A stretch of DNA of 33,914 bases, from contig CAZZKP010000004.1 of the NCBI GenBank assembly GCA_964654675.1, forward strand, positions 1 to 33,914. The letters are read 5' to 3'. The position numbers were made by a program, and so were the translations under genes. This DNA comes from an uncultured Bifidobacterium sp. (lineage in GTDB: Bacteria; Bacteroidota; Bacteroidia; NS11-12g; UBA955). Shown here piece by piece: positions 1 to 9,068 of the stretch; position 1 is the stretch's first letter, and each line of letters starts with the position of its first letter. A model generated the notes under the pieces. The model did not search any database, was not told where the DNA came from, and saw nothing but the letters and a program-made list of their open reading frames with translations.

Positions 1-97
1 CAACTATGTACTGTTCGAGGGTGATAACTTTAGAATACGACATATCAAGAATGAGGACAATTGGTATTTATTTTGCAAAGCAACAACAAAAACCTGA
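1..97 (+). CDS. Possible 3' end of an upstream gene (partial, product unknown)
   Basis: Frame starting at position 2 is open from the window edge (NYVLFEGDNFRIRHIKNEDNWYLFCKATTKT) to TGA at 95-97, 24 nt before lysC. No recognisable motif. Confidence 0.35.
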   Translation, partial: NYVLFEGDNFRIRHIKNEDNWYLFCKATTKT

Positions 98-121
98 ATT
101 AACCGACTCTCTTCCTGCTCA

Positions 122-1390
122 ATGAAAATATTCAAATTCGGCGGTGCCTCCGTCCAAAATGCCCAAGGTGTGAAAAATGTGGCCCAAATCATCCAAAGCC
201 ACAGCAACAGCAATTTATTGGTTGTAATTAGCGCTATGGGAAAGACTACCAATGCGTTAGAGCAGGTAATTCACCATTGTTACCACAATACAGGACAGGC
301 ACATGAAGCACTTCAAACCGTTTTCCAGTACCACGATGGCATCCTGAAGGACCTATTCCAAGAGGATGATTTGGTGGGTGTAAGTGATATACGAAATCTT
401 TATTTGGAGCTCGAATGTTTTGTAGACAACCCCAATTTGCAAGAAGATTACGACTTTTTATACGACCAAATCATCGGATTTGGTGAATTAATGGCCACCA
501 AAATCGTGAGCAACTACCTCTTGTCGCAAAAAATCAGCAACCAGTGGGTGGATGCGCGAAACTTTATTCAGACCGATAGCCGACATCGCGATGCACGCGT
601 GCAATGGCCAGAAACGGAAAAAGTGGTGAAAAATCGCTTGTTGCCCATCGCAAGGAAAAACCTGGTGATTACGCAAGGATTTATTGGTCGCGGGTTTTCC
701 GGAGAATCCACAACCCTTGGCAGAGAAGGTTCGGATTACAGTGCAGCCATTTTTGGAAGCATCATGGGCGCCGAATCGATCACCATATGGAAAGACGTTG
801 CCGGAGTGATGAATGCCGATCCCAAGAAATTCGACCATGCCGTATTGATTTCTGAGCTTACCTATAATGATGCCATTGAGTTGGCCTATTACGGAGCCTC
901 TGTCATTCACCCGAAAACCATCCAACCGCTCCAAGCCAATGGCATTCCATTGTATGTGCGGTCGTTTTTGGACCCACAAGCGCCTGGCACGAAGGTGAGC
1001 GCCGATAGCAGTGTCATCTCTGTGCCTTGCAAAATCCATAAATCACAACAGCTACTCCTCGAAATTCGCACCCGCGATTTCACGTTCATTGCAGAAGATC
1101 ACCTCAAACAGATTTTTCAATCGCTGTCGGAAAACAAAGTGCGTTGCAACTTGATGCAAAACTCAGCAATTTATTTCCGGTGCGTCATCGACAACAAAGA
1201 GAACAAGCACCAACCGCTCATGGATTCCCTTTTGGCCATGGGATTGGATGTTACGCTGCGTCAAGATCTGGAGTTGTTGAGCATCTACCATCCCCAAGGG
1301 AGCTTCGATAAACAAACGGATGTCGGCAATCACAACATCGTATTGCAACAGAACATGGGAAATTCAACCCATTATCTGATTACTGCCTAA
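122..1390 (+). CDS. lysC: Monofunctional aspartate kinase
   Basis: N-terminal KFGGASV, VVISAMGKTTN, TTLGREGSDYSA, WKDVAGVMNADP and YYGASVIHPKT aspartokinase motifs; 422 aa with an ACT-like C-terminus. Confidence 0.93.
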   Translation: MKIFKFGGASVQNAQGVKNVAQIIQSHSNSNLLVVISAMGKTTNALEQVIHHCYHNTGQAHEALQTVFQYHDGILKDLFQEDDLVGVSDIRNLYLELECFVDNPNLQEDYDFLYDQIIGFGELMATKIVSNYLLSQKISNQWVDARNFIQTDSRHRDARVQWPETEKVVKNRLLPIARKNLVITQGFIGRGFSGESTTLGREGSDYSAAIFGSIMGAESITIWKDVAGVMNADPKKFDHAVLISELTYNDAIELAYYGASVIHPKTIQPLQANGIPLYVRSFLDPQAPGTKVSADSSVISVPCKIHKSQQLLLEIRTRDFTFIAEDHLKQIFQSLSENKVRCNLMQNSAIYFRCVIDNKENKHQPLMDSLLAMGLDVTLRQDLELLSIYHPQGSFDKQTDVGNHNIVLQQNMGNSTHYLITA

Positions 1391-2939
1391 CCTTTAAACG
1401 CTGTCCCACCTCGATTTGATTCGATTCAAGTCGGTTCCAGGACTTGACTTGATCAACGGTGACACTGTATTTGCGGGAGATGGAATACAGTGTTTCCCCC
1501 GGCTGCACGAAGTGAAACGCATCGTACAATTGCGCATTGTTATCCGATTTTACCGAAGCCGCACCCGTTACCCGCTGCAAATACAATTTCCGGTCCACCA
1601 TCAAAGGCTTCCCATCCAATTGGTTCCATGCGGTGAGCGAATCCACCGACAAGCGATATAACCGCGCAATGGAAAACAAGGTTTCTCCGCGAATGACGAT
1701 GTGCGTACGCGGTGCGTTGCTTGACCCCGTGTTGCTCATAAAATTGCGATAATCTACCTGGGTTTCTTCACTCATTTTAACATTGGGACGGAGGACGAGA
1801 ATTTGTCCGGCCGCCACCGTATACCCATCCAAATTATTCCAGCGGGCCAAGTCCAATGCGGTGACATTCATTCGCTGGGCGATGTCTTGCAAGGTCTCGC
1901 CTGCCTGTACTTCGTAGACCGTTCCTTTGGGTTTGTTTTCTTGGGTGATGGATCGCTGATTCAATATCAAATCCACCGCATTCACCTGATTGGGGTTGTC
2001 GTTCCGCTCCAATATCGCAGGAGATGTTTCGCGTTTTTCTTTCAGGTTAATGACTTCCCCAGGCCTTACTTCCAAACCAGGTTCCAAGCGATTCAGTTTA
2101 TACAGATGCTTCACTTTCACCCCGTATTTTTGGGAAATTTCACGCATCGTTTCGCCATTTTTTACGGTGTGATTGTTTTCGATGGCCCTTCTGCGCTTGG
2201 GTTTGAGGTAGATGATTTCGCCCGGACTCAGCATATCGCCTTTGGAGATGTCGTTGTATTTATAAATCTGCCAGGTGGACATGTTATACCGTTCTGCCAC
2301 TTGCTCAGGTGTTTCACCGGGCTTGGCCATGATGGCTTGAATGCCGTTTACTTCCGTGGGTGTGGCGGGGGCGGTAACGCCGGGTGCATAGAAATCTTCG
2401 CCAAAAATCACCATCGAATCGTACTGACTGAGGCGATACTTTTCAATCACCCCAATGAGAATATTACCATAATTGGGATTGGTGGCATAACCAGCCTCGC
2501 GCAGACCGTTTGCCCAGCCTTTGTAATCGGTGGCACTGAGTTCAAACAACAGAAAATACCGCTTACCGCCTTTCAAAAACAACGAATGATCCCGGTAGCT
2601 GTCGAACGCCGTTTCGTACCCCCGAAAACACTCGTCTTTCGCATCATCATCGGCCAAACAGAACTTGCCCGTCCAATTGCTCCTACACTTGATCCCAAAG
2701 TGGTTGTTGCAATTCTTCGCCAACTTGCTATTGCCACTGGCGCTCTCCAAGACCCCTTGTCCGAGCGTTATACTCGCTGGCACGCCATGGGCACGCATCT
2801 CCTGCATCGCCACAAACTTGAACGAATCGATGTACTGTCGGGTGCTCATCAACTGAGCCGATAGCCCTTGGCACACAAACAGACTCAAACACAACATCCA
2901 ACACTTACGGCCAAAATATTGCTGAAAAGGAATCTCCAT
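1380..2939 (-). CDS. GH73 glucosaminidase/muramidase with about 5 LysM domains (peptidoglycan hydrolase)
   Basis: Signal peptide; PASITLGQGVLESASG (catalytic Glu), NNHFGIKC and GYATNPNY GH73 motifs; five LysM-like repeats (GETPEQVA, GETMREIS, GETLQDIA, GETLFSIA, GETLYSIS). Confidence 0.9.
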   Translation of the reverse strand: MEIPFQQYFGRKCWMLCLSLFVCQGLSAQLMSTRQYIDSFKFVAMQEMRAHGVPASITLGQGVLESASGNSKLAKNCNNHFGIKCRSNWTGKFCLADDDAKDECFRGYETAFDSYRDHSLFLKGGKRYFLLFELSATDYKGWANGLREAGYATNPNYGNILIGVIEKYRLSQYDSMVIFGEDFYAPGVTAPATPTEVNGIQAIMAKPGETPEQVAERYNMSTWQIYKYNDISKGDMLSPGEIIYLKPKRRRAIENNHTVKNGETMREISQKYGVKVKHLYKLNRLEPGLEVRPGEVINLKEKRETSPAILERNDNPNQVNAVDLILNQRSITQENKPKGTVYEVQAGETLQDIAQRMNVTALDLARWNNLDGYTVAAGQILVLRPNVKMSEETQVDYRNFMSNTGSSNAPRTHIVIRGETLFSIARLYRLSVDSLTAWNQLDGKPLMVDRKLYLQRVTGAASVKSDNNAQLYDAFHFVQPGETLYSISRKYSVTVDQVKSWNRLESNQIEVGQRLKVRQ

Positions 2940-2944
2940 TGATG

Positions 2945-2952
2945 CAAACCTA
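2945..2952 (-). promoter_or_regulatory. Bacteroidota primary-sigma -7 element (TAGGTTTG) for the GH73 gene
   Basis: Exact TAnnTTTG match on the - strand, 5 nt upstream of the ATG at 2939. Confidence 0.6.
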
Positions 2953-3045
2953 GCCCTAGCATCGCAATGCTACCAACCATTTTATCCAATGAATGTGCAA
3001 TACCATGCGATAAATCCGCAATAAATCCCGATTTTTGTACATATC

Positions 3046-5157
3046 ATGATGAAACGCATTCTGTTCACCCTACTGGCCCTCATCAGTTTCAGCAACGCTT
3101 GGTCTCAATTCGGTTTTCCAAAACCCGTTTTCAAGCCGAGTTTTTCCAAAACACAAGCCAAAGCGGGCGAGGTAATTGACATCATCATTCGATTTGATGT
3201 AGCCAAGGGCTTTCATGTATACAGTGAAAAAAGTGATTGTGGAGACGACAATGGTCCCATCCGCGCGAGCATTGATTTCACCCCCAACCCCAGCTACCAA
3301 TTGGTGGGCAAATTTTATGGCGTGGGCGATCACATGGTGAAGGAAACCGATGTCTTCAATTGCAGCACCGGTGAGTTTACAGGCAAAGGCGAGTTTCGAC
3401 AGAAAATCAAAGTATTGAAAAGCATACCCGCTGGCGGGATTCAAATGTTGTTCAACGGACAGATTTGCAACGAAGGCGGATGCGATAACATCAGAGACGT
3501 GAAAATTGCGAGCCCTGCCCTCGAAGTCATAGGCACAGCAGCAGCAGACCAGTCGCTGTCGTTGCCCACAACACCAAGTCCTGTTGCCGAGACCGTGGAC
3601 ACAGTAGCAACCACCGTTACCGAAACCCCCATCGCCGTGAGTGCAGAAGCTCCGGCCTACAAACAAGCAAAAGTGTTGCCGTTGAAAACCTTTAACGGAC
3701 AAGCCAATGAAGAACAGAGCAGCGGATTCTTGGGCTTATTCATTTTGGCCTTCGTGAGTGGATTGACCGCCTTGTTAACCCCTTGTGTATTCCCGATGAT
3801 CCCCATGACGGTCTCGTTTTTCATCAAAAACAACAACCGCAAAATTGCCCTGCGTGATGCAGGAATATTCTCATTGAGTCTGATTGGGTTTTACACCATT
3901 ATCGGAACCATCGTTGCCATCAGTTTCGGCTCAAACGCCGCCAACTTCGTGAGTACCCATTGGATTCCCAATATTTTCTTCACCCTCATCTTTATCGTTT
4001 TTGCCGCGAGTTTCTTTGGCGCCTTTGAAATCACCCTTCCCTCTTGGATTGTGAACAAAGTAGACCAACAGGCCGACAAAGGGGGCATTTCCGGTGCGAT
4101 TTTCATGGCTGTAACCATCGCCTTGGTTTCATTCTCTTGTACCGGTCCCATTGTTGGAACCGTGCTCGTGGAAGCGGTTCATGGCGATACTTTACGTCCC
4201 GTTGTGGGCATGTTCGGCTTCTCATTGGCCTTTGCCTTGCCCTTTGGATTGCTGGCCTTGTTTCCTTCTTGGTTGAACAACCTTCCCAAAAGCGGCGGTT
4301 GGCTGAACAGTGTGAAAGTGGTGTTGGGATTTGTTGAATTGGCTTTTGCCCTGAAATTCTTGAGCATCCCCGACCAAACCTACCATTGGGGTATCTTGGA
4401 TCGCGAAATTTACCTCGCCATTTGGATTGTGATTTTCTCGTTGATGGGATTGTATTTGCTGGGCAAAATCAAATTCTCACACGACAGCGATGTGCAATAT
4501 TTGAGTGTGCCTCGTTTGGGATTGGTGATTGCCACCTTCACCTTCGTGGCCTACATGATTCCGGGTATGTGGGGTGCGCCATTAAAAGGTTTGGCCGGTT
4601 ATTTGCCTCCCTTGAGCACCCAAGACTTTAACAGCAACATCAAAGGTGGCGCCCATGGCGATGGCAACATCACAACAACGCCCTCCTATACAAATCAATT
4701 GCACATCCCTCATGGATTGGTGGGCTACTACGACTACGACGAAGCCCTTGCCGCTGCAAGAGAACTGAAAAAGCCTTTGTTCATTGACTTCACCGGACAT
4801 GGTTGTGTAAACTGCCGAAAAATGGAAGAAAAAGTTTGGTCTGACCAAGCGGTTTTGGACATCCTAACAAAAGACTATGTGATTGTCTCCCTATATGTAG
4901 ACGATAAGAAAATCAATTTACCAGAGTCACAGTGGTTTAGTACGCCCGACGGAAAAAAAATCACCAAGTTGGGCGATAAAAATGCCCATATCGAAGAGGC
5001 TTATTTTGGCAAAACCACTCAACCGTTATACTGCTTGTTGGATGCCAACGAGAACTTGCTTCAACCCGCTTTGGGTGCTGACCACTTCAAATTTGCTGTG
5101 GATCCGTTCGTGGAATTCTTGAAAGCGGGGGTAGACCAATACAACAAACGCAAATAA
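3046..5157 (+). CDS. dsbD: Thiol:disulfide interchange protein DsbD (N-terminal domain, CcdA-type TM domain, thioredoxin domain)
   Basis: Signal peptide; QICNEGGC N-domain Cys pair; TM Cys motifs LTPCVFPMIP and SFSCTGP; PKSGGWLN; C-terminal FTGHGCVNCRKME thioredoxin CxxC. Confidence 0.9.
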   Translation: MMKRILFTLLALISFSNAWSQFGFPKPVFKPSFSKTQAKAGEVIDIIIRFDVAKGFHVYSEKSDCGDDNGPIRASIDFTPNPSYQLVGKFYGVGDHMVKETDVFNCSTGEFTGKGEFRQKIKVLKSIPAGGIQMLFNGQICNEGGCDNIRDVKIASPALEVIGTAAADQSLSLPTTPSPVAETVDTVATTVTETPIAVSAEAPAYKQAKVLPLKTFNGQANEEQSSGFLGLFILAFVSGLTALLTPCVFPMIPMTVSFFIKNNNRKIALRDAGIFSLSLIGFYTIIGTIVAISFGSNAANFVSTHWIPNIFFTLIFIVFAASFFGAFEITLPSWIVNKVDQQADKGGISGAIFMAVTIALVSFSCTGPIVGTVLVEAVHGDTLRPVVGMFGFSLAFALPFGLLALFPSWLNNLPKSGGWLNSVKVVLGFVELAFALKFLSIPDQTYHWGILDREIYLAIWIVIFSLMGLYLLGKIKFSHDSDVQYLSVPRLGLVIATFTFVAYMIPGMWGAPLKGLAGYLPPLSTQDFNSNIKGGAHGDGNITTTPSYTNQLHIPHGLVGYYDYDEALAAARELKKPLFIDFTGHGCVNCRKMEEKVWSDQAVLDILTKDYVIVSLYVDDKKINLPESQWFSTPDGKKITKLGDKNAHIEEAYFGKTTQPLYCLLDANENLLQPALGADHFKFAVDPFVEFLKAGVDQYNKRK

Positions 5158-5166
5158 TTGCCAACC

Positions 5167-5748
5167 ATGAATCAACGCATTCTATCGCACTTTCAAGAAG
5201 CCATGCAAACTTTGCAACGGTTCATGGAGGATGCTGAGCAAATGAACAACATCGACCGGGCCGCCCAAGCCATGATTCAAGCCATCAAAACCGAGGGCAA
5301 AATCCTATCTTGTGGCAATGGGGGCAGTCATTGCGATGCAATGCACTTTGCAGAAGAACTCACAGGCCGATACCGCGATAACCGTCCAGGCATTGCCGCC
5401 ATCGCCATCAGCGATGTAAGTCACATCAGCTGTGTGGGTAACGACTACGGCTATGATCAAATTTTCTCTAGGTATATAGAAGCCGTTGGAAGAAAAGGCG
5501 ATGTATTGTTGGCCATCAGCACGAGTGGAAACAGCGCCAATGTTGTTAAAGCCATCGAAGCTGCCAAAGCAAAAGGCATGACGGTGGTGGGTTTAACGGG
5601 TAAGGACGGTGGGAAAATGGCCAGCTTGGTGGATATCGAGATTCGTGCACCCCACGCCCCCTTCGCCGATCGCGCGCAAGAGATTCACATCAAGGTCATC
5701 CACTCCCTGATTGATTCCATCGAGGTAGGATTGGATTACGCGAAATAA
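5167..5748 (+). CDS. gmhA: D-sedoheptulose-7-phosphate isomerase
   Basis: [29 protein letters not shown] and QEIH SIS-domain GmhA motifs. ATG at 5167 preferred over TTG at 5158. Confidence 0.95.
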   Translation: MNQRILSHFQEAMQTLQRFMEDAEQMNNIDRAAQAMIQAIKTEGKILSCGNGGSHCDAMHFAEELTGRYRDNRPGIAAIAISDVSHISCVGNDYGYDQIFSRYIEAVGRKGDVLLAISTSGNSANVVKAIEAAKAKGMTVVGLTGKDGGKMASLVDIEIRAPHAPFADRAQEIHIKVIHSLIDSIEVGLDYAK

Positions 5749-5764
5749 TCGTATTATTGCCCCA

Positions 5765-6997
5765 ATGCATTTCATCGGATTTATCGGCATAGCAGTCATT
5801 TTCGCACTCGCCTTCGCCCTATCAAATAATCGCAAAGCCATTAATTACCGTACCATTGGCGTAGGCTTATTGCTTCAGGTCATTCTCGCGGTGTTTATTT
5901 TAAAGACCCCGATGGGAAAATCCGTGTTTGCGACATTGGGCAAGATGGTTCAGAAACTGTTGCAGTTCTCCGACAAAGGGGCTGAATTCATCTTTGGTCC
6001 GTTAGCCAGAGACGCCCAAATGCAGGAAGTATTCGGACAGAATTTTATCTTCTTTTTCCGGGTGATGCCCACGATTATTTTCATTGCGGTATTGGTGAAA
6101 ATCTTCTACCACATTGGTGTTTTACAATGGGTCATCAAGCAAATTGCCAGGGGAATGCACTATTTGATGCACGTGAGTGGCAGTGAGGCCTTGAGCAATA
6201 TTTCATCGGCGTTTGTGGGACAGGTAGAAGCCCAGTTGATGATCGGTCCGTATGTAAAGGGCATGACAAACAGCGAATTGTTGGCTTCAATGACAGGCTC
6301 TATGGCTTGTATTGCCGGCGGTGTGATGGCCACTTATATTCAGATGGGTATCGACGCAAGCAGTTTGTTGGCGGCGAGTATTATGGCGGCTCCCGGGGCT
6401 TTGGTTATCTCAAAAATCGTTTGGCCAGAGACGGAAGTCAGTGAAACCGCGGGTACAGTAAAATTGGAAGTCAAAAAGGAGAATGCCAATCTATTGGATG
6501 CCATCTCTCAGGGTGCTTCGGAAGGTTTGGGCGTCGCCTTAAATGTTGTGGCGATGTTGCTCGGCTTCTTGGCATTGATATACCTGTTCGATTTTGTTTT
6601 GGGGAGTTTGGGTGGTTTGGTTGGATTAAAACTTTCCTTGGAATCCCTGCTTGGCTATGTATTTTCGGGCTTCGCATACATCATGGGCGTGCCGAGTCAA
6701 GATGCACAAGCCGTGGGTGGTTTGATGGGAACAAAGTTGGTGGTTAACGAATTTGTGGGATACCTACACTTGAAAGAAATCACGAGCACCTTGCAGCCAG
6801 TGAGTGTGGTGATTGCCACTTTCGCCCTTTGTGGTTTTGCGAATTTTAGTTCCATCGCGATCCAAGTGGGTGGGATTGGTAAAATTGCACCTTCGCGCCG
6901 ACAAGATCTCGCCAAGCTGGGCGTAAAAGCATTGATTTGCGGCACCTTAGCCAACTATCTGAGCGCCACGATTGCGGGCATCTTATTGTGGCTTTAA
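5765..6997 (+). CDS. NupC/CNT family concentrative nucleoside transporter
   Basis: FVGQVEA, TKLVVNEFVGY and FALCGFANFSSIAIQVGG CNT motifs; multi-TM, 410 aa. Confidence 0.92.
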   Translation: MHFIGFIGIAVIFALAFALSNNRKAINYRTIGVGLLLQVILAVFILKTPMGKSVFATLGKMVQKLLQFSDKGAEFIFGPLARDAQMQEVFGQNFIFFFRVMPTIIFIAVLVKIFYHIGVLQWVIKQIARGMHYLMHVSGSEALSNISSAFVGQVEAQLMIGPYVKGMTNSELLASMTGSMACIAGGVMATYIQMGIDASSLLAASIMAAPGALVISKIVWPETEVSETAGTVKLEVKKENANLLDAISQGASEGLGVALNVVAMLLGFLALIYLFDFVLGSLGGLVGLKLSLESLLGYVFSGFAYIMGVPSQDAQAVGGLMGTKLVVNEFVGYLHLKEITSTLQPVSVVIATFALCGFANFSSIAIQVGGIGKIAPSRRQDLAKLGVKALICGTLANYLSATIAGILLWL

Positions 6998-7013
6998 ACG
7001 CACGCTACAATCC

Positions 7014-7670
7014 TTATATGTGTATGTAGGGATCCTCCAATTCACCAGTCTCCTGATTGTCATCGCCATCGCGCAATTCCATCTCTCTTGGAATACTGGG
7101 CAACCACTGACGTACTTTCCATCGTGCGATGACAGCACCCACGATCAACCCACTGATGTGTCCTTGCCATGACACTTTTGGATCCACTGGCAACAATCCC
7201 CAAAAGAAGCCACCATAAATCAAGAGAACCAAGAAGAAAATGGCCATGGATTGTTTGGTTTTTTGAATGATTGCCGCGGTGAGGATAAATCCACCAAAAG
7301 CATAAACCCATATAGATGCACCAATATGTGCTGATCCTGTGTGTGCTAGATCCATGCCCACATTTCCGATGAACCACAAAAGCAATGAGGCCAAAAAGTG
7401 CTGAACAATCCAGAACCTAAACCACTGTGTTGGAAATTGAATCATAAAGAGGGCAGAAAAAACCGTTAGGGCGATGACGTTACCCCAAAGGTGATCCCAA
7501 GAGCCGTGAACAAACGCACCCAACCAAATGCCCTTCCACTGATGAATATTCATCGGGAAAATGGCCCATGTTGCATCGCCAAACCACTGGGGTGTACCGT
7601 ATTGAAAAATCAACAACAAGCACAAGAGAACCGCAAGGGATGCCAAAATTGAAGACCTGCGAATCAACAT
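7014..7670 (-). CDS. Rhomboid family intramembrane serine protease
   Basis: HGSWDHLWGN, HIGAS (catalytic Ser) and SWQGHISG (catalytic His) motifs; about 6 TM segments. Confidence 0.9.
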   Translation of the reverse strand: MLIRRSSILASLAVLLCLLLIFQYGTPQWFGDATWAIFPMNIHQWKGIWLGAFVHGSWDHLWGNVIALTVFSALFMIQFPTQWFRFWIVQHFLASLLLWFIGNVGMDLAHTGSAHIGASIWVYAFGGFILTAAIIQKTKQSMAIFFLVLLIYGGFFWGLLPVDPKVSWQGHISGLIVGAVIARWKVRQWLPSIPREMELRDGDDNQETGELEDPYIHI

Positions 7671-7682
7671 GGAATAAAGGTA

Positions 7683-8132
7683 CTAAAAATCAATGGAAGC
7701 GTTAAGCCAACCCTCTTCAAAGTGGGCACCATAGCCTTTGTAAAATTCTATGGCCGGTGTATTCCAATCAAGGACTTGCCACACCATTCTGCGATAATTC
7801 TGTTGCTTGGCATGATCAATACACATTTCAAACAAAGCCTTTCCTATCCCTTTACCGCGTTGCATTTCTGTTACGATAAGGTCTTCCAAATACAGAACAG
7901 GGCCTTTCCAAGTTGAATATCGAACGTAACAAAGGGCTAGTCCAACAACAACATCGTCTTGTAAAGCGACCCATGAAACAAAATGTGGGTTTTCAGAGAA
8001 TCCAGAAGAAAGCAGCGTTGCTTCTGTGGCCACAACTTCTTGCGGTGCTTTTTCAAAATGCGCCAACTCTTTAATCAACTGCATCATTGCAGTGACATCG
8101 GTAGGAACGGAAGGACGAATGATAAACGACAC
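7683..8132 (-). CDS. GNAT N-acetyltransferase (diamine/spermidine acetyltransferase-like)
   Basis: ELAHFEK, YSTWKG, LYLEDLIV, RGKGIG acetyl-CoA motif and VLDWNTPAIEFY. Confidence 0.9.
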   Translation of the reverse strand: MSFIIRPSVPTDVTAMMQLIKELAHFEKAPQEVVATEATLLSSGFSENPHFVSWVALQDDVVVGLALCYVRYSTWKGPVLYLEDLIVTEMQRGKGIGKALFEMCIDHAKQQNYRRMVWQVLDWNTPAIEFYKGYGAHFEEGWLNASIDF

Positions 8133-8135
8133 TGA

Positions 8136-8510
8136 TTAGCGGATAGCCAATTTCAATGTTTTGGTGGAATCACCACTTTTGATTTGGAGGAAGTAAACAC
8201 CTTTGTCGAGCATGGCGTCACCCAAATCAATTCTTACCTGACCGGTTGTGTAATCCGATTTGCGAATGGGGTAAGAGTAGACCACTTTGCCCAAAACATC
8301 GTTTACCACGATGACAGCATCAGGGTATTGGGCTTCAGTGAATTGTAAGTTTACATAGAAGTAAGAACCGGTTACTGGATTGGGGTTTAGGGTAAAGGTA
8401 GGACCTTGACCAGCAACCTCAGCAGGGGGCAAATCAGGACGAGCCATCGCTTCTACACTGCCTGTGGCTAGTGCAAAAAACAAAATAACTAGTGCCAAAA
8501 TGCGATTCAT
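8136..8510 (-). CDS. Small T9SS type A sorting-domain protein (signal peptide plus CTD)
   Basis: Start revised to ATG 8510 (MNRILALVIL... signal peptide, -7 box just upstream). LNPNPV, NDVLGKVV, KGVYFLQI and TLKLAIR match type A CTD motifs. Confidence 0.8.
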   Translation of the reverse strand: MNRILALVILFFALATGSVEAMARPDLPPAEVAGQGPTFTLNPNPVTGSYFYVNLQFTEAQYPDAVIVVNDVLGKVVYSYPIRKSDYTTGQVRIDLGDAMLDKGVYFLQIKSGDSTKTLKLAIR

Positions 8511-8515
8511 AAGAA

Positions 8516-8523
8516 CAAAGTTA
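8516..8523 (-). promoter_or_regulatory. -7 element (TAACTTTG) for the small T9SS protein
   Basis: Exact TAnnTTTG, 5 nt before ATG 8510; abuts the U-tract of the upstream terminator. Confidence 0.55.
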
Positions 8524-8556
8524 AAAAAAAAGGTGTTTGTTTCCAAACACCTTTTT
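8523..8556 (-). terminator. Intrinsic terminator of the small lipoprotein gene
   Basis: - strand AAAAAGGTGTTTG-GAAA-CAAACACC followed by a T9 run, 22 nt after the stop at 8579. Confidence 0.85.
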
Positions 8557-8578
8557 AAATTTCTTTTTTAAGAACTGA

Positions 8579-8779
8579 TTAGTGAGCAGCTTCAGTTGTA
8601 GTAGCGGCAGCAGAATCAGTAGCAGTTGAATCAGTAGCAGTTGAATCAGTAGCAGTTGAATCTACAACAGCGGTAGAATCAGTAGCAGTTGAATCAGTAG
8701 CAGCAGTTTCAGCTGAGTTAGAGCAAGCAGCGAACGCGAACATAGCGCAAGCAGCAACGGCGAAAGTGAATTTTTTCAT
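8579..8779 (-). CDS. 66-aa low-complexity lipoprotein with ATDST repeats
   Basis: MKK + hydrophobic core + FAAC lipobox; own -7 box, A-rich leader and terminator; codons skewed to GCT/ACT/GAT. Confidence 0.85.
   Translation of the reverse strand: MKKFTFAVAACAMFAFAACSNSAETAATDSTATDSTAVVDSTATDSTATDSTATDSAAATTTEAAH
8613..8705. repeat. 15-bp coding tandem repeat GAATCAGTAGCAGTT
   Basis: Exact copies at 8613, 8628, 8643 and 8676; near copy at 8691; an 18-bp variant at 8658-8675. Encodes the ATDST units on the - strand. Confidence 0.95.
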
Positions 8780-8806
8780 TTTATTTGTTTCCTATTAAGT
8801 GTGATG

Positions 8807-8814
8807 CAAAAATA
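8807..8814 (-). promoter_or_regulatory. -7 element (TATTTTTG) for the small lipoprotein
   Basis: Exact TAnnTTTG, 27 nt upstream of ATG 8779. Confidence 0.6.
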
Positions 8815-9068
8815 TAGGTGAAAACACAAAAACCAAAAAAAAATGTAAAAAAATGTGATTTTTTGCCCGAAAATAGTCAACATGTTGATTTTTAATGAAT
8901 TACGTTTTTAAAAATCTAACATTTTACCAAAAATGTGAGAAAACCGACCCGAAAAAATGGCATTTTTTGTGATTTTTGTCGTTTCATTGTCATTGCAAAT
9001 TCAAAAAAAAGCCATCAAAAACCCACAATTGATTTTTTCCATACAGCGATCTCAGAGAAATCCACAAA

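Noticed and set aside
1803-2864. 353-aa + strand ORF
   Set aside because: Antisense shadow of the well-supported GH73-LysM gene with no recognisable motif. The same applies to the other nested antisense ORFs in the track.
8613-8705. Direct repeats as a CRISPR array
   Set aside because: 15-bp contiguous units without spacers, in frame within a CDS; no cas genes.
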